In this document: positions 1 to 18,907 of the stretch, piece after piece
How the letters are laid out: every line of letters starts with the position of its first letter
Numbering within the stretch: the stretch's first letter is position 1
DNA from: the human T2T-CHM13v2.0 reference genome, Homo sapiens
Assembly: GCF_009914755.1 (NCBI RefSeq)
Contig: NC_060926.1
Direction: 5' to 3' (one strand)
Length of the DNA: 64,000 nucleotides
The notes under the pieces: generated by a model
The model's input: the letters and a program-made list of their open reading frames with translations, nothing else
The model's database searches: none
What the model was told of the DNA's origin: nothing
Program-made: the position numbers and the translations under genes

Positions 1-2
1 GC

Positions 3-1010
<1,008 letters not shown>

Positions 1011-1312
1011 TTCACTGATAGAGACCAGCATGACTGTCTCAATTGTTAAACTATTGAAATGCATCTGTGTCAATGGTAAATAGTATTATTGTAAGTACAA
1101 CACTAAAATTAATAAATTGTGTAAATTCTAATATGGATTAATTTGTCTTTTGTGACAACTATTGATAACCTCTTTGTTGTAATGACACCTAAGAAACATT
1201 TGTAACATCTGCTAGCTTGGCCTGCATCTTGGTAAATAATGTAGCTGCATTATGTATTACCTATGAAGCATTCCTTGCTGTAACAGTTGCTACTGCTTTT
1301 AAATACTTTTAG

Positions 1313-1551
<239 letters not shown>

Positions 1552-1851
1552 TAATCTGCCCACCTCGACCTCCCAAAGTGCTGGGATTACAGGCATGAGC
1601 CACCACGCCCGCCCTAGTCTAGTTTTTTATTTGGTTTTACTGTTAGTGCGTTGTAATTCTTAGGTAAAAAGTAAGTAAAGTGGCTGGGCACAGTGGTTCA
1701 TGCCTGTAATCCCAGCACTTTGGGAGGCCAAGGTGCACCGATCATGAGGTCAGGAGATTGAGACCATCCTGGCCAACATGGCGAAACCCCGTCTCTACTA
1801 AAATACAAAAAATTAGCCGAGTGTGGTGATGTGCACCTGTAGTCCCAGCTA

Positions 1852-1986
<135 letters not shown>

Positions 1987-2117
1987 TTAAAATTGAGGAA
2001 TTTATAACAAATATTTGAAAACAAACACCCCAAAACTGCTTGACACTATTTTCTATCAATGCTGAGTATATATACACCCTATAACCTGGCAACTCATGTT
2101 TATCAAGTCATGTATAC

Positions 2118-2293
2118 AGTGCTGTGTAATGGAACTTTCTGTATTAATGAAAATATTCTACATTCTATGCTGTTTGTAAAGCCACTAGTCTCATGAGCAC
2201 TTGAAATGTGGCTAATCCAACTGAGGAGCTGATTTTCAATTTAATTTTACTTAAAGAGCCACATGTAGCTAATGGCTACTGTACTGACAGCAG
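2118..2293. mobile_element. hAT-Charlie MITE (MER3-like)
   Basis: cagtgctgt...aatggaactttctg...gagcacttgaaatgtggcta...gccacatgtagctaatggctactgtactgacagcag resembles recalled MER3. Confidence 0.7.
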
Positions 2294-3094
2294 TGAGTGT
2301 TCATAGCAGTAGCATTCATAATTACAACCATTCATGCCCCAAACTGGAAACCAACGTAGCAAATTATGGTGTATTCACATAATACAATATGTGAAAGATG
2401 TATAGCTGCACATAAGAATATGAATGAATCTTGCTCGCCCTGGCATGGTGGCTCACGCTTGTAATCCCAGCACTTGGGAAAGCTAAGGTGGGCAGATTGC
2501 TTAGCCCAGGAGTTTGAGACCAGCCTGGGCAACATGGCAAAACCCCGTCTCTACACATACAAAAAAGTTAGCCAGGCATGGTGGTGCATGCACCTGTGGT
2601 CCCAATTACTCGGGAGGCTGAGGTGGGAGGATCACCTGAGCCCAGGGGGTCGAGGCTGCAGTGAGCTGTGATCACACCACTGCACTACAGCCTGGGCCAC
2701 ATAGTGAGACCCTATCTCAAAAAAAAAAAAAGAATATGGATGAATCTCAAAAACATAATATTGAACAGAACACAGATACAAAAGAATATACTTTATGATT
2801 CTATTAATGTAAAGTACAAAAACAGGATGTTAGTTACCCTTGAGTGGCAAGGAAGTAACTGAAGGAGAGTACAGAGATTTGGGCTTCTAGGATGTTAGCA
2901 TGTTCTATTTCTTAATCTGAGAGCTAATTACATGGGTGCAGTTAGTCTGAAAAATTTATCAAGCTGTAGACTTATAACATGTACACCTTTCTGAATGGGT
3001 ATTGTGCTTGAATTAAAAGTTATAAGTTGGAGGTCGGATGCGGTAGCTCACACCTGTAATCCCAGCACTTTGGGAGGCTGAGGCTGGCAGATCA

Positions 3095-3367
<273 letters not shown>

Positions 3368-3664
3368 TTAGCGTTATTTTAAATGTTGTAAATGTTCATA
3401 TTTTTATACTATGGAAGAACATGATAATGAACCATAGCTTGGATCATGTCTTGAAACATCCTGAAATCTCTTTTGATACTGTGCAAGAATTAATACAAAT
3501 AAAACATGATTTTCGTCTCTGAAATGAAAAACATGACACTGTGGCTGGGTGCAGTGGCTCACGCCTGTAATCCCAGCACTTTGGGAGGCAGAGGGGGTGC
3601 AGATCACCTGAGGTCGGGAGTCTGAGACCAGCCTGAGCAACATGGAGAAACCCTGTCTCTACTA

Positions 3665-3823
<159 letters not shown>

Positions 3824-4402
3824 TCAAAAATAAAAAAATAAAAAAGAAGAAAAAAGAAAAGAAAAACATGACATTGCAAGTGGTGAAGTGAATGTTAGGT
3901 GCTAGCAGTTATCAAAAATTGTGGTGTTCAAAGTGTTAAATGCGTTTTTCATCCAAAAAGCAATCATGTTCATTTAAAACTCATGCTTTAAACAAAGATT
4001 TGCAATCATCAGTGAGAAAATTAAGAGGGTATATAAATGTTTCAACAATAAAGAATTTGAAATAGTGACTAAATAGCCTCCCAAAGTGCTAGGATTACAA
4101 GCATGAGCCACCTCATATGGCCAAAAATATTTTTAGAAATTTGGCCTTATGAAAATTGTTTTAGCAAAATGTCAATTCTTTGTTTAGGTTTTCAAGAGAA
4201 TATGTTTTATTCATAAATGAATTTGACAAAAGCTAAAAGTGATTGAACATATAAAACTAAAAGCATGAAAAAAGCAATAATGATTTAAGGAAGTACAATA
4301 TGGTATTTGAAATAAAATATAGAGCCAAATCCAAAGGAAGTTATTATTATCTAATAAAATGTATGATAGCATTTTGATATATTTCCTTTCTGTGATAGTT
4401 AA

Positions 4403-4815
<413 letters not shown>

Positions 4816-4825
4816 TCAAATTGGT

Positions 4826-5185
<360 letters not shown>

Positions 5186-5682
5186 TCAGTTGAAGGCGTA
5201 AATAGAACAAATAAAAAGCTAATTTACCTCCATGAGTAAGACAGGTTGCCTCCTGCCTGACTGCCTTTGAGCTGATTTTTTTCCTACCTTCAGACTAAAC
5301 TGAAACATTAGCTCTTCCTGGATTTTGGACCTGTTGGTCTTCAGATTTACACTGAAGTTCTTGGGACTTGTCAGCCTCTATATTCAAGTAAGCCAATTCC
5401 GTATAATAAATCTCTTTCTTTCTTTATACATTCCATAGATTCTCTTTCCTTGGATTCACTTTGTCACTAATACACTTTCTATCCTTTTTTCCCTGGGCAT
5501 AGTCTTAAAATATGGACATTTTTAGATGAGTGACTTTGGTACAATCTTATTATAAGTATACTTTAGTGCATGTTGATTTTCAGAAACCTGTTTAAGAGAA
5601 AAATAGAGCTCATTTTAAAGTGAGATAACATGGATAGTCAAAATTATATTACCCTAAGCATTAAAAATAACATAAAAATCTA

Positions 5683-5994
<312 letters not shown>

Positions 5995-6299
5995 TTACCA
6001 AGGAGTAGAATTGCTGGGTCCTAGGCATGTATGTCAATGTAAGTTGCTAAATTGCTCTCCAAAGTGAATACACCAACATCCCTCTTACTAGAAAGTTCCT
6101 TTTGCTTCACCAATCCAATGACAATGCTTGGAATTCTCAGAATTCTTAACTTTTGCCAATCTAATGGTATCTCATTATGGTTTTAATGTCCCCAATTACC
6201 AATGAATTGGAGCATCTTTTTTAAAATTATTATTTTAAAAAATGTTTTTTCGAGACTGGGTCTCATTCTGGTTTGCCCAAGCTGGAGCACAGTGGCGTG

Positions 6300-6640
6300 T
6301 GTACACACCTGACACACCTGACAGCAACAGCTTGACTGAAGCATACCCTGAGAATGACCCTGTATGGCAGAAGCGCCTGGCAGCAATAACAACCTAAGAA
6401 ATTAGGGTTGCTATGTGGAGGTTGCTGGGGTGGAGGGTGCTAAGCGAAGGTGCTATATAAACTGCATGCTTTTTACAAGCAGTAGCAATTCTCCTGTCCA
6501 GCCCACTGCCGCTGCACTGTCCCTGTATGAAAGTTCCCCCTGGTTAAACCCTATGTCTCCCTTGCTGGCTCTAGGTCTCTTTTTCAGCCTCTTGACCCTT
6601 GTGCCATCCCTACTGGAGTCAATAGGGGTCCAGCAGGACA
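6300..6640 (+). mobile_element. Solo LTR (LTR47-like, ERVL) inserted into the Alu
   Basis: TG...CA termini; 5-bp TSD GCGTG (6295-6299) / GCATG (6641-6645); TATATAAA at 6454-6461; gcataccctgagaatgaccctgtatggcag resembles recalled LTR47. Confidence 0.72.
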
Positions 6641-6859
6641 GCATGATCATAGCTCACCGCACTATGGGCTCAAGCAGTCATCCCGCCTCAGCCTCCTACG
6701 TAGCTGGGACTATAGACTCATACCACCATGCCCAGCTAATTTTTTTTATTTTTTATTTTTATTTTTGCAGAGACAGGGTCTCACTATGTTGCTTAGGCTG
6801 GTTTCTAACTCCTGGGCTCAAATGAGCCTCCTGCATCAGCCTTCCAAAGTACTGGGATT

Positions 6860-7160
6860 GGCCGGGCACGGTGGCTCATGCCTGTAATCCCAGCACTTTG
6901 GGAGGCCGAGGCAGGCGGATCACGAGGTCAGGAGATGCAGACCATCCTGGCTAACACGGTGAAACCCCGTCTCTACTAAAAATACAAAAAAATTAGCCGG
7001 GCGAGATGGCGGGCGCCTGTAGTCCCAGCTACTCGGGAGGCTGAGGCAAGAGAATGGCGTGAACTCCAGAGGGCGGAGCCTGCAGTGAGCTGAGATCTCA
7101 TCACTGCACTCCAGCCTGGGCGACAGCGAGACTCCGTCTCAAAAAAAAAAAAAAAAAAAG
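6860..7160 (+). mobile_element. AluY-type element nested in the same AluJ
   Basis: Perfect 15-bp TSD CAAAGTACTGGGATT at 6845-6859 and 7161-7175. Confidence 0.9.
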
Positions 7161-7375
7161 CAAAGTACTGGGATTACAGGCAAGAACCACCATGCCCGGC
7201 CACATGAATTTTTTCATTTTCATGATACCATTCCCAAAGTTAAGAACATGTGTCTTAGGCCATGTGCAGTGGTTCACACCTGTAATCCCAGCACTTTGAG
7301 AGGCCGAAGAGGGCAGATCACCTGAGGTCAGGAGTTCGAGACCAGCCTGGCCAACATGGTGAAACCCTGTCTCTA

Positions 7376-7531
<156 letters not shown>

Positions 7532-8788
7532 TCAAAAAACAAAAAAAAAGAAAGGAAAAAGAATATATGAATATATGTCTCAGGCCAGATGCAGTGGATC
7601 ATACCTGTAATCTCAGCACTTTGGGAGGCTGAGGCAGGCGGATCACTTGAGGTCAGGAGTTTGAGACCAGCCTGGCCAACATGGTGAAACCCCATCTGTA
7701 CTAAAAATACAAAAAGTTATGTCTCATTTGTGTTCAGCTACTTCTTTCTGCTATTACAAAACCTTCCAAAGATAAATTCACACTGGTATCAGAGCAATGT
7801 AGTCTTGAGCAAGACAACTGTTTTCCGTATAGATGGTATTAAAAACTTCCCAATATTTTACCGTGAAGTACTTCTTAATTAATTTTAAAGTAATAAATTT
7901 TCTTTGGCCTTATCTAAAAATCCATGATCCTGTTTATGTTCCACTTAAAATAATACACTAATTCCCTTGCTTTTCATTAGTAGGTTGAAATTTGAATAAG
8001 CAGCAGGAGGTGGAGCCTCAGCTTAGCCTGAGGTGAACAATGAGCACATACAGTGGTTTGCAGGGCAAACCCACTAGAAGCCTATTTCCTGAAAATAGAC
8101 TGAAAATCCTTGTAGGACTAAACTCATCCTTAGGGAATAGAGCCAGGTACAGCAAGTCTGGTGCAGTTGCAAACCTTTAGTCTTCCAAAGGGAAAATCAA
8201 TTCTATGTGAAGTCTGTTACTTGGATTTTATATCCAGGCCAGCAGTACACCCTCAGCCCCTTCTTCTCTCCAGGTAGACCACGGTACAAGACATTAAGCT
8301 AAAGAACTCAATAGGATTCTTAGGTCATGTAGGATAAACTTCCTTCTCAACCCTTTTATCTTCAAATATTAATGCTAAGAGGGGAGCCTGGAGCTAGACT
8401 GCCCATCTTCCAATCTCAGCCTTACCACTTAACCAGGAGACCTTTGCCAAGTTATTTGCCGGGCAGCATTGTAAGCTCTTTTACGTATATTTAAAATTTT
8501 TTAATGTTTATTTTAGCTTAATTTCAGTCAGAAATTAACTTCTTCTGAGTCTCAAAACTGAGAACATGAGAGCAATAAAAGTATTTACTTGAGGCCAGAT
8601 GCTGTGGCTCACACCCATAATCCCAGCACTTTGGGAGGCCAAGGCAGGTGGATCACGAAGTTAGGAGTTCAAGATCAGCCCGGCCAACATAGTGAAACCT
8701 CTTCTCTACTAAAAATACAAAAATTACACTTTGGGAGGCTGAGGCGGGTGGATCATCTAAGGTTAGGAGTTCGAGACCAGCCTGGCTA

Positions 8789-9173
<385 letters not shown>

Positions 9174-9269
9174 TTACTTCATAGGGTTGTAGTGAAGACT
9201 AAATGTTAATGAATGTGTACGCATGCATGTGTGTCTGCACCTATGTATATAGGTGTAAAAATGTACAAA

Positions 9270-9810
9270 TACATTTATTTCTCAGTTCTGTCCCCTCATA
9301 GGGCCCAGTAGCAATGAGAACACGTAACATCCAGATCTTGGCTTCTAAATCCCTTCTCCCTTAAAAATAACCATGATTTGGACTGGCTCTAGCTCAGTAT
9401 TCCTTTGACAAAAAACCGAGACTCCTTGAATACATGCTTAGTTCTAAGACTGGAGCAGAAAAAATACAAGATGAGCCTGGAACATCGCTTTGTGCCATGG
9501 CATAGGTCACAGAAGCCTATTTGAAGAGCCCCTTATTGGCCAAATCTGGGACCATTTGAACATCAGAATAAAAAATGAAGTCAAATAAATATATCCTATT
9601 GAGTAAAGAACAAGACCACAGTGAGGTGGATGGATGGATATACAGATAGATAGAGCACATGAGAGTGAGCGACAGGAGATGTGGGAGGGGGTAGCAAATG
9701 TAGTAAAATGGTAACAATTGGTGAATCTGGGTGAAAAGTATCCAAGAGCTCTTTGTACTATTCTTGCAACTTTTCTGTCTGAAATTAAGCCAAAATAAAA
9801 CATTTGAAAT
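9270..9810 (+). mobile_element. L1MC-type 3' UTR fragment
   Basis: ggcccagtagcaatgag...ccagatcttggcttctaaat...aaaatacaagatgagcctggaacatc resembles recalled L1MC3-5 3' ends. Confidence 0.55.
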
Positions 9811-10772
9811 TTTTAAATATATGTAAAAGAGCTTACAATGCTGCCTGGCACATAATAAGGAGTATATGTGTGTTTGCTGTTACTATACGGGTAACTTCCA
9901 ACAAGTGGTAGGTTGGAAGCCTAGGTTAGGTGAGGGTAAAGAAATTAAGGTACGTGACATTTTCCTTAGATTTATCACAAGTCTCAGGACTTGTAATAGT
10001 TTAGTGTCTAATGTAGGCTGGATCTTTTTATTTTGAAAGAATCTAAAAGCATATGACCTTAAAGTGGAAAGTGAAAAATAGCTTTTTATTTGAAAAGAAT
10101 GGAAAGATTTTGTGGGTAGATACAAGCATACCATCTGGTTAACTCAACAGAAATCCTAAGAGCTTAGAATTCTTTTTATTTTTCTTTTTTTTTTTTGAGA
10201 CAGAGTCTCACTCTTGTCTCCCATACTGGAGTGCAATGGCGTGATCTCGGCTCACTGCAACCTCCACCTCCCGAGTTCAAGCAATTGTCGTGCCTCAGCC
10301 TCCTGAGTAGCTGGGATTATAGCTGTGCACCACCATGCCCGGCTAATTTTTGTATTTTTAGTAAAGACACGGTTTCACCATGTTGGCTAGGCTGGTCTCG
10401 AACTCCTGACCTCAAGTGATCCGCCTGCCTTCGCCTCCCAAAGTGCTAGGATTACAAGCGTGAGCCACCACACCTGGCCAAGAGCTTAGATATCATATTT
10501 TTATCAGCCACGTATGATTTAAGATAAACCACCATAACCTAAAAATACACAATTGTATTTATTCTGCAATTCATAAGTTATTTGGAAATGCCACTCAACT
10601 TAAAATCCCAATTATCTTATCTGAGAATCAGACTCCATTGTGGTTTATATTTCTCAAGTTCAAATGTTCAATGACATATAAGACAAATTCATCACATAAG
10701 AAATAGGCAAGGTTGGCATAGCAGTAGTATCTCTAAAATTAAATACACTTTAGTTCTTTAAAAATGTGATCA

Positions 10773-11275
10773 CAATGATTCTCAACCAGGGACAGTTTTT
10801 ACCCTTGGGATTTTTTTTTTTTTTTTTTTTTTGAGACGGAGTCTCGCTCTCTTGCCCAGGCTAGAGTGCAGTGACGCGATCACGGCTCATTGCAAGCTCC
10901 GCCTCCTGGGTTCATGCCATTCTCCTGCCCCAGCCTCCTGAGTAGCTGGGACTACAGGTGCCCGCCACCACGCCCGGCTAATTTTTTTTTTGTATTTTTA
11001 GTAGAGACGGGGATTCACCGTGTTAGCCAGGATGATCTCGATCTCTTGACCTCGAGATCCGCCCACCTCGGCCTCCCAAAGTGCTGGGATTACAAGTGTG
11101 AGCCACCGCGCCCAGCCTACCCTTGGGATATTTCAAAATGTCTGGAGACATTGCCACAACTGGGGAGGGAGGGTAAGGGGGGAGCAGAGGTTACTGGCAT
11201 CTAGTGGTAGAAACCAGGAATGCTACTAAATATCCTACAATGCTCAGGACAGCTCCCTACATCAAAGAACACTAA
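10773..11275 (+). mobile_element. MER20 (hAT-Charlie) split by an antisense AluY (10812-11117)
   Basis: caatgattctcaaccagg...aatgtctggagacatt...actggcatctagtgg...atcctacaatgctcaggacagc; Alu TSD TACCCTTGGGAT at 10800-10811 and 11118-11129. Confidence 0.8.
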
Positions 11276-11621
11276 ATGAACATATCTTCTAAAATTTCAA
11301 GCAGTGAAAGTACTACTAGGGATGGAATAATGCTTTTAGGCCTGTCTTTATACACAGTATTACCATCTAGCCTAGTGCCTGGTACATAATATCTATTTAA
11401 TTTTTACTAATTTAATTAATGAATGAAGAATTGATGCTACTCTTAGGCTGGGCACGGTGGCTCACGCCTGTAATCCCAGCACTTTGGGAGGCCAAGGCAG
11501 GAGGATCACTTGAGGCCAGCAGTTTGAGACCAGCCTTGCCAACATGGCGAAACCTTGTCTCTACTAAAAAATACAAAAATTAGTTGGGCATGGTGGCACA
11601 AGACTGTATCCCAGCTACTCA

Positions 11622-11786
<165 letters not shown>

Positions 11787-11963
11787 TCATTTATATGTAC
11801 CCTAAAACTGTACCAGAATCTCCTACCTGCTACCTTTGTCTCAAAATATGGCAAGGGAAGAACCTAGAGATAGATTTTTGTATAAGAAAATACAGGCCAG
11901 AGTAGCTGGGATTACAGGCATGCACCACCACACCTGGCCTATTATATCTATTTTCTTTTTTGA

Positions 11964-12619
<656 letters not shown>

Positions 12620-13200
12620 TAACTTGTCCTAATTTTTATTAGCTGTTTTAATCACACATAGTAAAAAATTAGCCAGTCTAGAAAGACATAATGAAATGCC
12701 ACAGACCCCTCTTCATTCCTTCCGTACTCCTCACCCTAGTGCTGCTTGGGGGCAAGTCATTTTATTTTTATTTGCAGGTAGTCACTTTATAACTCTGAGT
12801 AATATTTCTATGTTAATTTGTTTTGTTTTGTTTTGTTTTGTTTTGGAGACAAGGTCTCTAACTCTTCACTCTGTTGCAGTAGTGTGATCATGGCTCACTG
12901 AAGCCTCGAACTCCTGGGCTCAAGAGAGCCTCCCACCTCAGCCTTCCCCGTAGCCAGAACTATAGATGCGTGCCATCACATCTGGCTAATTACAATTTTT
13001 TTTTTTTGTAAAAATGGAATCTTACTATGTTACCCAGTCTGGTTTCAAACTCCTGGCCTCGAGTCATCCTCCTGGCTCAGCCTCCCAAAGCACTGGGATT
13101 ATAACTGTGAGCCACCACACCCAGCCTCCTATGTTAATATTTCTCCATGCATCAATTTTAGTCCTGTATTTACTCCTACCATTGGATGGTAAGGATTTAA

Positions 13201-13527
<327 letters not shown>

Positions 13528-14170
13528 TAAGCCACCATGCCCGGCCTCCCCATTTTTAATACTTATATTATCCTTAGGTATAATACTGAAAATTTTTATG
13601 ACTTAAAATAAGATACTTAAACTCCTGCTTCTTGCTCATCAACTTTACAGCAGCTCTTGTCTACCCAGTATATAAGATAAAGCCATTATCACTCCCTCCT
13701 TTCATTCTCTCCTCTTCTTCTTCCACCCAACCTCTGTCAGCTTCACTTTTGCTTTCTGTCTTTTCGTTTTATAACTTCAAGGTTAATGACAGCTACACCC
13801 TGTTCTGTAACTGTAAATAAATAGTCAGTGTTTTGTCTATAACTGATTCTAAACTTTGAACAGCAGTAAGCAGCATTTGCTTTACTATCACTATGTAAAT
13901 ATTACTCAAGGCAGACACGGGAGGCACACCAGGACATTTCCTCCTTCAGGGTCCACTTTTTGACACTGCTGTCACCTAAAAGAGAATATATCTTTCCTTA
14001 AATCCTATCAATGTTAATAAAAAATGAATCCAGGAGGCCGGGCACGGTAGCTCACACCCGTAATCCCAGCACTTTGGGAGGCCGAGGTGGGCGGATCACC
14101 TGAGGTCAGGAGTCCGAGACCAGCCTGACCAACATGGAGAAACCCCATATCTACTAAAAATACAAAATTA

Positions 14171-14625
<455 letters not shown>

Positions 14626-16151
14626 TCAAAACAAAACAAAACAAAAACGTGAAGCCAGATCTTAGTTTGCTTCATATCTGGACTGTGGCATTCTTGTGAA
14701 TTTTTTGGCTTTTCCTATAAATGTTAATCGCCTTTTTTTCCCTGCTGAAAAGAAGAAATATGTGCCTCCTTTATCCATCTGCAACATGAAATCCATTCCA
14801 TTCTCATTCTTGATTACATGCTCCTTGGAGTCCACTGACAATCTATGCACACAGATTGCTTTCCAGCTCTGCCACATCTTGACATTCCTCTTCACTGCAT
14901 TCTTGGTTGGTTGCCGTGTTTCTTGAATCCCATGTCTTCATCCTTCCTGATTTTTGCCTGAACACATCAATATGTTTTTACAAGGATTTCTTGTTTTCTA
15001 TTTTAGAACATGTCCTTGATTCTCTTTACTGAAAAAAAATTATGTGATGTCCACCCATGTGAATTTCTTCTACTTTAATGTTCTCCCCTTGTGAACTTAT
15101 CTTCCAACTTCCTAGATTTCTTAGAAGAGAAGCACCAGTATTTTTCTTTAAAGGGTAGGCATAGCTGGGCACAGTGGCTCACTCCTGTGATCCTAGCACT
15201 TTCAGAGGCCAAGGCAGACGGATTAATTGAGGTCAGGAGTTCGAGACCAGCCTGGCCAACATGGTGAAACCCCATGTCTACTAAAAATACAAGAACTAGC
15301 CAAGCGTGGCAGCGCATGCCTGTAGTCCCAGCTACTCAGGAGGCTAGGGGCAGGAGAATCGCTTGAACTGGGAGACAGAAGTTGCAGTGAGCTGAGATTG
15401 CACCACTGCACTCCAGCCTGGGCAACAGAGTGACCCACCATGCCCGGCCCTTGGTAATGTTTTAACCATCTACATAGGAAGTTAGCCTCCAAGGTGTTAG
15501 GCAAAAATCCAATCTTTAGAAACTGAGGCACAGACAGGCATAGTGGCTCACACCTATAATCCCAGTACTTTGGGAAGCCAAGGCGGGCGGATCACGGGGT
15601 CCAGAGATCGAGACCATCCTGGCTAACATGGTGAAACCCCGTCGCTACTAAAAAAATATAAAAAATTAGCCAGGCGTTGTGGCGGGCGCCTGTGGTCCCA
15701 GCTACTCGGGAAGCTGAGGCAGGAGAATGGCGTGAACCCGGGAGGCGGGGCTTGAAGTGAGCCAAAATCTCTGCCACTGCACTCCAGCCTGGGCGACAGA
15801 GCGAGACCCAGTCTCAAAAAAGAAAAAAAAAAAGAAGATAAAATAGAGGGAAAAAAAGATTCAAGGAAAGAAAGAAATTGAGTCACTGGAATAGAAACTC
15901 AGTTCCTGAAGGAAGGTTAAACCAGATGCTGAGAAACTTAGAACAAAGGTCAAGTCAGGACAAACAGTAAAGCCAGAAGGCTCCTGAATTAGAGCTCTGC
16001 ATACTTTATCAGCCTGGGGCCAAGGTTGGGATCAGAGCGAAGGGCAGGCCAGGGTCACTGGAGGGCGATTAGAATAACCTCAATTAGAACATGAGGCCTA
16101 GGTAGAATGTTTCACTATATATATATAATTTTTCTCTGAAATCCTACTGAC

Positions 16152-17058
16152 TGTACCAGTCAGAGTTTGGTGCAAGAAACAGAAACCACTGGAAGTATTT
16201 TAAGCATGAAGGAATTTATTGCAGAGATGTATGCACTTAGAAAATCTTTGAAAGGGCCAAAGGAATAGATTCTAGGCAGGGCCTTTAGGAGTGAAACCTA
16301 GAACAGTACTGAACCTGGCCGGGCGCGGTGGCTCACGCCTGTAATCCCAGCACTTTGGGAGGCTGAGGCGGGTGGATCACCTTAGGTCAGGAGTTTGAGA
16401 CCAGCCTGGCCAAGATGGTGAAACCCCGTCTTAACTAAAAATACAAAAAATTAGCTGGGCATGGTGGCAGGCACCTGTAATCCCAGCTGCTCGGGAGGCT
16501 GAGGCAGAGAATTGCTTGAACCCAGCAGGTGGAGGTTGCAGTGAGCCGAGATAGCGCCACTGCACTCCAGCCTGGGCGACAGAGCGAGACTCCATCTCAA
16601 AAAAAATAAAAAAAATAAAAATAAAAAAAGAACAATACTGAACTGACTCACCACGGGAGCTGCCTCTGAGGCCACTACTTTGAGTGAGTTCAAGACCACA
16701 ATATCTTAGATGCATTCCAGGGTTCAGTCTTGTTGCCACAGCAAATGCACCCCAACCCTCAGGAAGCTGGAAAAGGAACATTGAAGGAGGTCCTATAAAA
16801 AACAAAACCTCACATTTCCACGACCTCACCTGCAGCAGAAAAATAAGCAAAGGAACAGGAAAATAGTTTCCACCTCACTTATGCCTTCCAAATCTCAACC
16901 AAATATGTCTAATTGGTGGAAGCAATTCACATCCCAAACTGTACCTGCAAAGGAGCCAGAACTGTGGATTTTAGTCTTCTACTTCTGCAGTACAGGAAGC
17001 TATCCTGTAGGAGGGTAGAATGCAGGTTGAGGGAGCCAATTAATACTATCCACTAACA
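16152..17058 (+). mobile_element. Old MaLR (MLT1-type) LTR interrupted by an Alu (16317-16628)
   Basis: tgtaccagtcagagtttggtgcaagaaacagaaaccact start typical of late MLT1 subfamilies; Alu TSD AGAACA(G/A)TACTGAAC. 3' end approximate. Confidence 0.55.
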
Positions 17059-17294
17059 TAACATACAAATTTAAAGTGCAAAAAGATACACTGAGTAGGA
17101 ACAGGAAAGACCACTGAAGGTATAGGCTAGAGGCCAGATGCTGTGCAAGGCTGTTGAATTCAAAATCAAACATTTTTCTATGACATTTAGAATCATTGTG
17201 GTCTTGAGTTGCTTTTAACAGTCAGTACCAGACTGCGCCCCGGTGGCTCATGCCTGTAATCCCAGCACTTTGGGAGGCCAAGGCAGGCAGATCA

Positions 17295-17599
<305 letters not shown>

Positions 17600-17602
17600 C
17601 TA

Positions 17603-17815
<213 letters not shown>

Positions 17816-17912
17816 TCAGGAGGCTGAGGCAGGAGAATCGCTTGAACCCGGGACACGGAGGTTACGATAAGCCGAGATGGTGCCATTGCACTCCAGCCTG
17901 GGCAACAGAGCT

Positions 17913-17914
<2 letters not shown>

Positions 17915-17950
<36 letters not shown>
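17915..17950. repeat. (AC)18 microsatellite replacing an Alu tail
   Basis: Directly read. Confidence 0.95.
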
Positions 17951-17954
<4 letters not shown>

Positions 17955-18736
17955 GTTGGGCTCTCTCTTTGCCTCTCAGTTCATTCTAGAGGAACTCAGC
18001 CAACCAAAGGGAGGGTTTAAGGTGTGTGTGTGTGTGTGTGTGAATTTTTTATTTTGAAATAATTTTAGACTTACTCTAAAGTTGCAAAAATAATACAAAG
18101 AGTTCTTGAATACATATCACCCAGTTTCCCTGGTATTAGCATATTACATAACTACAGTACATATATCAAAATCAGGAAATTAACATCTGTACAGTACTAT
18201 TAACTAAGTAATGTTCTTTTCAGTATGTCATATCAGGGAGTATATGATGTCAATATGTAAAGTTTACTAACTAGAGTACAGAACTTGGTACAGTCCTTTT
18301 CTTCTTTATCCTTACAGCACACAGTCAAAATACTGTTTTGCAAAGTTACTTAGGTTAGTTGTTTTCTTCCTCATTCCCTTCAGTGTGGTTATATTATTTT
18401 TATTTATTTATTTATTTATTTATTTATTTGAGACAGGGCTCACTCTGTTGCCCAAGCTAGAGTACAGTGGCATGATCATGACTCACTACAGCCTCAGTCT
18501 CCTGAATAGTTAGGATCACAAGTACATGCTACCATGCCAAGCTAATTGAAAAAAATTTTTGGGGCCAGGCGCAGTGACTCACACCTGTAATCCCAGCATT
18601 TTGGGAAGCCAAGGCGGGCGGATTATGAGGTCAGGAGTTTGAGACCAGCCTGGCCAACATGGTGAAACCCCGTCTCTACTAAAAATACAAAAATTAGCTA
18701 GGTGCGGTGGTGGGCGCCTGTAATCCCAGTTACTCA

Positions 18737-18907
<171 letters not shown>

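Larger units (their letters stand above)
6245..7201 (-). mobile_element. AluJ-type host element split into three pieces (6245-6299, 6641-6859, 7161-7201)
   Basis: The pieces concatenate into one antisense Alu with old-subfamily features (gatcatagctcac, gggctcaagcagtcatccc). Confidence 0.8.

Noticed and set aside
1111-1116. AATAAA as the possible 3' end of the upstream gene (YIPF4 by recalled synteny)
   Set aside because: AATAAA is common in this AT-rich sequence and no exon of that gene is visible; needs 3'-end data.
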